Shown in pieces: positions 44,785-64,000 of a stretch of DNA of 64,000 nucleotides (within the stretch, counting starts at the first letter, position 1; the number at the start of each line of letters is the position of its first letter). The notes beneath the pieces were generated by a model, which was given only the letters and a program-made list of their open reading frames with translations, was not told the DNA's origin and did not search any database. Position numbers and translations under genes: made by a program. The DNA comes from the human T2T-CHM13v2.0 reference genome, Homo sapiens. The DNA is taken from NCBI RefSeq assembly GCF_009914755.1, contig NC_060928.1; one strand, given 5' to 3'.

Positions 44785-45195
44785 TGTCACGCGCTTCCCA
44801 GTGAAGACACCACCAAACAGGCTTTGTGTGAGCAACAAGGCTGTTTATTTCACCTGGGTGCAGGCTGGCTGAGTCCGTAAAGACAGTCAGCAAAGGGAGA
44901 TAGGGGTGGGGCTGTTTTATAGGATTTGGGTGGGTAGTGGAAAATTACAGTCAAAGGGGGTTTTTCTCTTACAGGCAGGGGCGGGGTCACAAGGTGCTCA
45001 GCAGGGGAGGTTCTGAGCCAGGAGAAGGAATTTCACAAGGTTAATCAATCAGTTAAGGTGGGGCAGGAACAAATCACAATGGTGGAATGTCATCAGTTAA
45101 GGCAGGAACCAGCCATTTTCACTTCTTTTGTGATTCTTCACTTGCTTCAGGCCATCTGGACGTATACGTGCAGGCTTGGGCTCAGAGGCCTGACA
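44785..45195 (-). mobile_element. HERV-H solo LTR (LTR7C-like)
   Basis: The reverse complement begins TGTCAGGCCTCTGAGCCCAAGCCTGCACGTATACGTCCAGATGGCCTGAAG and ends GCGCGTGACA. 5-bp TSD AATTA at 44780-44784 and 45196-45200. Confidence 0.93.
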
Positions 45196-46104
45196 AATTA
45201 TTCTTGAAATGAGGTCTGAAATGCTAACAATAAAATTCAGCCTGATTATCACTATTTTTGGTCATGCAAAGATAACAAACTGGGTAAAAAATTGTAGTCT
45301 ATTTAAAGGCACTTTGGCCTTGCAAATTCTGTACACTGTCTGGTTTGATTAATGAGCAAGTGACTTTATCACTGTATGTCAACCAAAGCAACAGATTGAA
45401 GGCATGCCTTGGGCAGGTCTATGCTCCAAAAGGGATTTTAAGAGAGCTAATACTTTAATGTGTTTAATTTGGATGTTTTAATTAAGGGTTAATATAAATA
45501 TCAAAGCAAAAATCTAAATAAGCACAAAACTAGTAGCCATTTCTTGTATAAGTACCTAAAATGCACACATCTGAATACTTTCAAATTTCGGGGAATCGCC
45601 AAGCATTTTACAGACTACGTGTTTCCTGAACTGTTAACCCATGTCTTCTAATTAACCCTTGAAGATAGTTCTGGGTGCTACATAAAAGCTTGAAGGATTA
45701 CTCATATAAGCTTAAATAGAAATTCCACCAAAATGCATTAAAGAATATGAGAATACTTATATGTTTATCAGAAATATCTTGTTATTATTTAAAATTTTAT
45801 CATTCTACAACATTTACAATGATTATATTAACTAAATCCTACATTTCCACATGTATATACCATGATGGGACCAAGGTCAAATTTTTATTTTACTTGTGAA
45901 TGATAATTTCAGAAGTTGAGCATTCTTCTGTAAATGCTGCTCTTATATAACTCAGATATTTTCTTGAACGACTGCTTCTTAAACTATTTAAATATCAAGA
46001 GAACTTTAACTTCCAGAGGGTGTAAGATAATACAATTAAAACTCTACTTAAAAAAAATTCATACCCCTTTAGATTCCAATTGTGTACTTTTAAAATAATA
46101 TTAC

Positions 46105-46400
46105 AGCTCTTTAGTCACACACTTATCTGCAATTCTGAGATCCAAAACACAAATAAGCAAACCAAATCCCCTGATAAGTGAAAGTTCTTTTATGAATTAT
46201 ATGGTAACAAAATCTTACCTGAATTGAAAAGAAGCTATTTACAGTTTTTAAAAATCAAAGTGTGATTATACTTTTGCCGCAGAGATATTAATGTCTTTGA
46301 TTACACCAGCTCCAGATGTAGCTAAGGGTGCTTTTTGTAAATTCTGAATAATTCTGAATTCTGAAAAATCACTTGGCCTCAAGCTTTTGGATAAAGAGTT
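46105..46400 (+). mobile_element. MER46C (Tigger-family) relic
   Basis: CTTATCTGCAATTCTGAGATCCAAAA...GCAGAGATATTAATGTCTTTGATTAC...ATTCTGAATTCTGAAA...TTTTGGATAAAG. Confidence 0.7.
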
Positions 46401-46541
46401 ACTTAAGAATTTTCTTATGTTTATATTTCCATTCCATGTCTAACACTGTTTTGCTTTTTGATGTGTGTGCCTGAGGCCAGGGAATAAGTGCTGAATTCTT
46501 ATTCAATTATAGTTCAGGTATTATTTTAACATTTTTCCTAG

Positions 46542-46576
46542 GTAAAAATGGTGTTGACTCTTACTCTAACAAGATG
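46542..46576 (+). other. Candidate 35-nt exon
   Basis: TTTAAC branch-like motif, CATTTTTCCTAG| acceptor, ATG|GTATGT donor. Contains AAAATGG (Kozak-like). Confidence 0.45.
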
Positions 46577-47507
46577 GTATGTTACTCTTTTCTATACCTA
46601 TGTTCTGAGCTACACCAAGAATCTCTCTTTAGTAACCACTTCCAGAGGAGTAGGAAGGTATTAACAATGTTCATCACATTTTTTTTTGTTCTTTTTAAGG
46701 CATTTCTTTTTCCTTTCTTTCATGGATTTCTGTTCTTTACATTCATTCTCTGTGACAGACTCATGTGCTTATTACAGGTCTAATTTACAGTGAAGACAGT
46801 TTATAACAGAAATCACAATACTCATAATTCACAAAGCAGTCTCTAATTGGCTCAGTCCTCATATTCATCCTGATTATACAGACTCAGAATCTGGTGGAGA
46901 AGCTCCTGGGATGCAGAGGCCAAAAGAATTCAGTTCAAGGCTGTCAGTGCCACTTTCCAGCTTTGTAGCCATGGAAATTTACTTTGCTACTTCTCCCTCT
47001 TTCCTATTTGTGGTAATGGAAGGCTATTATATAGTATGGAGATAATATATGCTTCAGATAATTTTGTCATTGCTAATATAATAAAGCATTTTAAATAAGT
47101 ACATGGTGTGCTATGAAACACTGAAAAAAATAGTTAAATAAATGTAATGATATTCATGAACTACAGGTTGTGTGTGGGGAAAAAAGCCCAGAAGTGCAGG
47201 AGTTCTCTACTGGATTTATTAAGCTCCTATGGTTAAGCTGAACACTAACTTATTCTTAAATATGTCTTGCATGAATAAGTTCTATATCTGGATTTAGATA
47301 TATTAATATATTAAATATTGTTGTTTTAATTCATTGTCTTAAGTAATAGATAGATTTTTTAAAATCAATATTTTAGAAAGAAAACAGTAGAAGGAAAATT
47401 ATGTGGGTAAATTGAATAATCTAGGCTTTGTCATCATATCTCCTTAAATGTTTTCTTTTAACTGGTCATAAGTTACTTATGCTAAGCAGTTTTCTGTAGC
47501 ATAGTAC

Positions 47508-50140
<2,633 letters not shown>

Positions 50141-50413
50141 CAAAGCACAGTACTTTTAAAAGCAATAATTAGGCTTCTTATGGTAATATCTGATTATTTG
50201 TCACTCCAACACAAGTATCACTTGGAAAAAAATAGTTAGGTTAACTCTCCTTTATTTTTAACTAATATACATATTATACCAATAAGAAAGTCTAAAATAA
50301 AGTTTATAAAGTCTGGGTTCAGTAAATGAGCACTTTGGTAATACACTATCTTAGATTTGGCATCTTATTAAAAAATAAATTTGGCTATTTTGTCTTTATG
50401 CTGATGTGATGAC

Positions 50414-57590
<7,177 letters not shown>

Positions 57591-58239
57591 TGATGGAATT
57601 TCTCATTGTAAAAGATTTCATTGAGCATAAACATATAACTAAATTAAATGACTCTGACAGTGTAATGAAAAAACACAAATACAAGGCAGCCACATGTACA
57701 AAGTGCAATCAAAAAGAAACTTAATTGATACAGAAGTAGGTAACTGTAGGGGAGAACTGTGATCTGGGGAGACAACTCAGGATGTCGACCATATGACATC
57801 AGATTTTTCATTAGAATGAAAGAAGTATCATGTAGTAAATGCCTCGGAACCAGTTAGATAAAAATGTAAAGCCAAGGTCTTCTTCAGCAGAATTTTGTTT
57901 AGCTATTCTGGACTTACTTAATTGTGACTTTCCTGTGATTTATCTCAACAACTTGAAGTTTTTGATATTAGGAGACTAGCTTCTCCAGTCAGTGTATTAT
58001 AAATATATTACTTTCTCATAGTTTACATTTTTCTTTGTAAGTAAGTTTGTTCCTTGTTTGTTATAGGAATGCATTGTAGTATTCCTCTTTCCCTAGTTAA
58101 ATCTCTAATGAAGATCAGTCCTAACATATTACAGGCCTCAGAAATATTTTTCAAATAAATAGAAAACATGTGTTTTTAGTTTGTATTTTGATATTTAATA
58201 ATAGAGCTTTTAAAAAATATTGGTTTTTGTTATTTTTAG

Positions 58240-58310
58240 CTTTTAATTACTTAGACTTGATGTAACTTACAAAGTTAAAAAAAACTTGAATGTTTTTGTC
58301 GCAAATATTG
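58240..58310 (+). other. Candidate exon (alternative acceptor at 58255)
   Basis: TTGTTATTTTTAG| acceptor, TTG|GTGAGT donor. Confidence 0.25.
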
Positions 58311-60046
58311 GTGAGTCTTTGCCTTAAATAATGATAACTTTTTTAAAAAATCAGCCTTGTATAGTGAATATTGTGCTGTAGATTCAAATAAACCTATGTG
58401 TGCATATCCCAGTTTAGAATCTTCCAGATTTAGGCAGATCTCCTTTCTGATCTAGATCTTTCTTGACTTCTAAATCATGAATTATACAGGTGTGACTTTA
58501 TTCCATCTCAAATGCAATGCTGAAACAGTGCTTAGATAACCTGCCATGATTTCTGCCCTTAGACTCAAAGTAGTAAACATTAGTCTATTCAAGATTCTGT
58601 CTTATGTCATTCAATGCTTGTTCGGGGCGAATGACTGATGGGGTTGGTGCTAACAACCTACACTTGGGTCTGTACAGCAATTTTATAGATTATTATGCTT
58701 TCTTCTATGTGGAGGTTGTAATCATTTCATCAAATTTACTCACAAGTCGCTCTTCAGAGCAAAATGTATTTAAACCTACCCCAGGCAAATTCCAATAGAC
58801 CATAACCTCTCCCTAAATAGATTAGAGACAGAAACATATTCTTAGACAAAGGAAATTTAAGCATGGATTTGCACGTCTTATTTATCATCCTTTAATGCAA
58901 TCGTGCAAATATTTGACAAGATAAGCTCCCTCTTTAGTATGTCTTTATAGGTCCAAGGCCTTAATATTAGGATTTGCTATTCTTTATTAGAAGTAAGGTT
59001 CATTAAAATTTGGCAACAGGGATTATTTTGTGGATCCACCACTTTAACTATTTAGCTATCCTTAAAAACTTAATGGTTCTTTAACTGATTCTGAACCAAA
59101 TCTAAAATTACTTAATCCTAAAAAGAATTTTTCTGTCAGCAAAAATGGAAATAATAATAAAAGAAAATAAATGAGATCATACTTTTCGTGTGCTAAGCAT
59201 AAGAGCTTTACAGAGTAAATGTTCAATACATATTATTTAATCTTTTAAAGATATTCTTGTCATTTCTAAGTTATTATATTTATAATGAATTATTGATTCA
59301 CTGAGATTTTTATTTACTTAATGTTTTAAAACATGTCCTTGAGTATATTATAATATAATTCTGTGACAGAGGTCATTGCTAGGAATAAAAATATATAATT
59401 TAAATTGCAATATGTGTTTGTACAGCTCTCTTTTAACTGGAGGGATGTAGAAACTATTTAGATGTGTTCATTCTAACTTTTATGCCCTTCATACACAATT
59501 AATATTTTCATGTAATAACTTTTTTCCCTTTATTAAATAATGCTGCTTTTTCTATGCTTTTGTTGATGCATAGATTAGGGCCATTTTATTGAAGTCTTCA
59601 TCTTTCCTTTCTATAGTATTTGAGGTAGAAAAAGAAAAGAGCAACTACTAATACACTGCTTAGTTTAAAAGATTTTGAGAAAATGTTTGCATCAGCTAAG
59701 GAATTGGTGCAAGGGAACCTACTTTTTAAGGAGGCCACTTCATAAATATCATGTGTGTTCTACTTTTCACAAAACTTCCTGTCAAATTTAAATGTTCCCA
59801 TCTTTTGCTGTAATTTTTATTTTACTTTCATGTTTTGGTGTGTTATATATATTTTTTACTTAATTTCCTACAAACATTAATATATATTTGTCTGCCAAAA
59901 ATAGGAACTCATAGGACTTATTTGATAAAAGCAGCCTCTTAAGCCACCTTTATTTATTTTGATTTCTATTCATTTCTCCACCATTTTCTACTGTTACTAA
60001 TGCTGACATCATTTGCTCCAAAAAAAAAAATTTGTTTTATTTACAG

Positions 60047-60092
60047 GGCACAGCTTATGGAAGTGCTCCTGTACCTTCTCGCAGGCAATTAT
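60047..60092 (+). other. Candidate 46-nt exon
   Basis: TTTGTTTTATTTACAG| acceptor, TAT|GTGAGT donor. GC-richer than its flanks. Confidence 0.5.
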
Positions 60093-63000
60093 GTGAGTCT
60101 CTTAAATTCAGCTCTGTGTTGTAAACATGACTGTGTTCCTGTGCTGTAGCATGGCATGCTGATTGAGACCAAATGCCCAAAGGTCAATATGCAATCCCCA
60201 GTGTTGTATATTACCTATAATATGTTTGTAGTAAATGGTTCCCTTTGCCTCTTCCTTATCTGTTTGTCATTATCCAGCCCATTTAAGAAAACTGCATTGC
60301 AATGTGGCCAACTGCATTGAGACTAATGGCTCAAAGTCTGGGGCAAAGAAAGAAGTGACTCTTACTTAAGTTTATTTTCATTTAGCAACAATATTAGCAC
60401 TCTCTCTCTCAACTCAGTAAGGTTTCTTAAGTTCTAACTCCTTTTACTTATTGGTTCAAAGACTTCTTATATCATGCACAGTTGTGTTTTTGCCACAGCT
60501 AATGAGAACTTTCCTAGAAAAGGAAATCCATTAAAAGAAATACTTCTTCTAGTGAATTTAAAGCAAACTTGACATTGTAACAATGTTGGTTTTTTTTCCC
60601 AAAGTCATCACATTTAGAAAATTGAAATTAATCTATAAATGTTTAGATAGAAAGCCCAGAGTTTACAACCTTGCTCAGCTGTGTTATAAATATATGCACC
60701 TCGGCAGAGTCAGATACCTGCATTTCAGTTCGGGAGATTTCTGTGACAGCTTGTCTGCTTTAACATGTACTTTTTGTCAATGAGAAATGTATATGTAAAT
60801 TGAATATGTAGGCTCTCCAAAGTGCCATCAGACTTTGAGAAAGAGCTATTTTCATTGCCCATTCCATCCATGTCTTTCCTCTTTTCCCACACCAGCATCC
60901 GTCAGATAATCATGGTTGTTTACCTCCATTATAGACTGCTACAGCAAGACACCCATGTGACTCTAATTGTCATGCCTAGCAATAAATGCCAAGTAAATCC
61001 ATCTTAATATGATGTTAAAGGTGATTCAAAGGTACAGTCCTGTTTGCATAATGCTTTTCTTCACTATTGGCAGAAAAAAACATATGAGTTGATGACATTC
61101 ACTGAGAAGGATCCGTGAATCACTTCAACAAAAAATGCAGGACTTTCCACCATGATAAAGCTGCCCCAACAATGAACAAAAAAATATGTACTTTACTATC
61201 TCCTTTCTAATGAAAAAATTTTGAAAGTTTGGGTTCTTATGAATATAGTTGCAGCAGACAGAACTGCTAATGTGAACAGAAGATGGGGTTTAGATATATT
61301 AAAACTCCACCTAAAGTTAAATAATCTCTCAAACATCTCAAATTGTCCTTTGCTCTTATTTCTTTTCATAGGTCTCTCTATCGTCTACATTTCTAATGTA
61401 CACTAAAGATATGGCTTCTTAAATATAGGCATTACGGCAGTATTAATTAATGAAAATTGAAAACCATAGCAAAAACTTCAATGGGTTTTTTTTTTTTTTT
61501 TTAAGATGTGTCTCTTTTTAAAGAAAAAAGTCCTTGTGCTATATGTTATATTTCATTGAATATAGGAAATGCTGTTATGGAGATAGAGAAGATATTTTTA
61601 CTAGAGATTTGGGGAACTGTGAATTTATTATATGTGCTATGAAGCCATAAGCGGAAATATAAAGGGTATGGAATTATTATCCTTAATTTGAATTAAACTT
61701 ACCTTTTGCTTTCACGAAATCAAAGTGTATTTATATGTAAATAAAAATACTGGATATTTGAGATTTTCGATCACTGGTTCCAGTTAAGTGAGTTAATCCT
61801 ACTAAAAATAGAAAGAAAAACAAAAAGATGTATGATTTCTGTAAGTCTGAGGGTCTTAAGTTGCAATATTTACCAATATGTACCACGATAAAATGGATAT
61901 TACCTTCCTAAATATGCTGACTTGGCACAGATAAGCATGTAAGATTCATGAATTTGGAATGCTTATTATCACATTTTCTTTTAGTCAAATGCAAATTTTA
62001 GGATCTCTGCATTACACATTAGAAGAATCTCCTTGAGTATTTGTAATTGTGGTGCTTATCAAAGTTGTTATGTAGAAGGAATGAATGCTTTTTTTCTATA
62101 CACAAATGTTAGAATATTAATAGTAAACATTTTTGTTTCTCCCCTACTTCCTGTGAATACCTATCTAGAAATTTTATAGTTGGTTCTTGATTCTAGCGTG
62201 TTTGTTTTGTTTTTTTTTTCCATTTCTACCTACATCACAAGGTGTGATGAATACTTTCCTGAAGTTACAATTAAAGTTTAGTTTTTTTTTTAATTCAGTT
62301 TTAAGGACTTTGTTTTATGGTTGCCATTTTAACTATTTCAAAAATATAATCAGTCAAGAAATTTTCCTTAACAATAATTTGAAATGGAATTTAGCAACAG
62401 AGAGGGATTGCCTAGATGATGATATGATTAGAAAGGCTGTGAATCTACAATGACAGGATTCACTCTCTATCTTGGAAAGCACTGTATAGCTTTTAATTAA
62501 CAGGCCCACACAAATATGCATTTATTTGTTGCTAATAATTTATCAACGTTAAATTGGAAATAGTATAGGTTTGGTTAGTATTTTCCACTTTCAGAGAAAA
62601 CGCTTGATGAAGGTTCACTAAGTTGGATAATGTGGAGTCTTGGAAAGTTATTTGAATGCTACTAGTACATTTTTATTTAAATACCAAAATGATGCATCAT
62701 TTATTCAGATACAGTTCTCTTCTCAATTTCCGATGGGTTTATGTTTTAAAATTGTAATCAGTATTGTTACATGAAACTCTATCATGTGTTGGTATAACCT
62801 TATCTACATGTGATATGAATGGAGATCTTTAACATTTGGATAAAATTTGGCAAAGATGTGACCCATAGATTATTGCCTCAACATTCAAAATACAAGAACT
62901 GATTTCAATTTGGTTATTGTTTTCCATTTTGTGACCATAATTACTACTTTAAGAGTTCCAAATTACAGAAGCATGTAACTCTAAAATTTAATAAACCATA

Positions 63001-63711
63001 AATATGTGTTCTCTAGAAAAAAATAGTAAACATCAAGTTTCGTAATGTATTCAACAATTCAAAACCAATTTGGTTAAAAAAATTAAATGTAGGTCACATG
63101 CTTTCATATTTTATAACATGGCTTCTTTATTTCTCAGTATATGAATGAAAGGAGCACCAAATGTTTGTAAGTTGTCTATTCAGGAGTAGTTACCTAATTT
63201 AGCTGAATCATTCATCAGATAGTTCAATGTTAACCCAACTGAACTGAATATACATGAAAATAATACTGCCTTGCTATTCAGAATCAGATAGCAGTTATTT
63301 TATAGCACAAATGGGACTGAAATTATATATTTAAAGTGGGGTACCTTAAAAACATACCTACCCTAATTTCCAGTCAAGTTTTTTTCCTACTAAAGAGCAA
63401 TTTTTAAATTCAGAATTCATGAACACAAAAAATTCAAGAAAAAAGTCAGGAAAACAATGTATTTACTGAAAATAATACTAACCTCAAAGTCAGAAAAAAT
63501 AGTTCTAATAAGTGTCTGTAAGAACAGATGTTTCTGACTAGTTTTTGTACTGTGCCTTCTGATTTATTCCCTTTTCTTTTCAATTAATCAGTTTATTTCC
63601 TGTCATTTCCCTTTTTTCTGTATCTACTGTTCCACACAATGTATTTGCATTATTTATCATTCTATTTTAGATATAGCTTTGATTTTATTTGTTTTCTTCA
63701 TTCTTTGCCAG

Positions 63712-63809
63712 GCTTATAAACAGGATAGGACCAAGCTTCCACAGTAGTGAGGACTAACATAACTTTTCCTGTAACTGTGTTTGAAATATATCTTCAGATA
63801 ATCTGTCTG
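63712..63809 (+). other. Candidate 98-nt exon
   Basis: Long polypyrimidine tract TTTTCTTCATTCTTTGCCAG| and donor CTG|GTAAGG; stops in all frames. Confidence 0.35.
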
Positions 63810-64000
63810 GTAAGGTTGCTTCAAACCTGAGTAAACCAATGCCTACTTGACTGTGCATTCTTAGGGAACAAAAGAAAGTGCATTGTCTCTATAACTTCAC
63901 ATGTAAGTGCACATATGTATTTAGGATTAAAGAAGCTCTAATCTTCAGAAGGTAGGCTTCAGTCAGAGAGTGAAGAGCAGGGAAAAGTTTTAAGTGGCAT

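Noticed and set aside
58606-58658. Two small hairpins (GTCATTC/GAATGAC and GGTTG/CAACC)
   Set aside because: Stems of 5-7 bp are expected by chance, and they match no known RNA motif.

Overview
This is primate (most likely human) nuclear DNA: AT-rich, CpG-poor and dominated by transposon relics. It holds about 10 Alus, several L1 copies (one near full length, one with most of ORF2 deleted), solo LTRs (LTR7C/HERV-H, MER11/HML-8, THE1, MSTA, MLT1), DNA transposon relics (MER3, Tigger2a, MER46C, MER5), MIR/L2 fragments and a 3'-truncated 5S rRNA retrocopy. I found no intact protein-coding gene, CRISPR array or prokaryotic system. The ORF track is mostly Alu/L1-derived or chance ORFs. Three non-repeat signals stand out. 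(1) Four closely spaced minus-strand exon-like blocks at 10.7-11.9 kb read like a decayed, stop-riddled multi-exon gene. (2) A chain of plus-strand exon-like blocks at 44-64 kb splices into a short hydrophobic ORF. (3) A 98-bp ungapped, 74%-identical local duplication lies at 33.1/34.6 kb. Repeat subfamily names are by-eye matches to remembered consensus sequences. Exon calls rest on splice motifs only and need transcript or conservation data.
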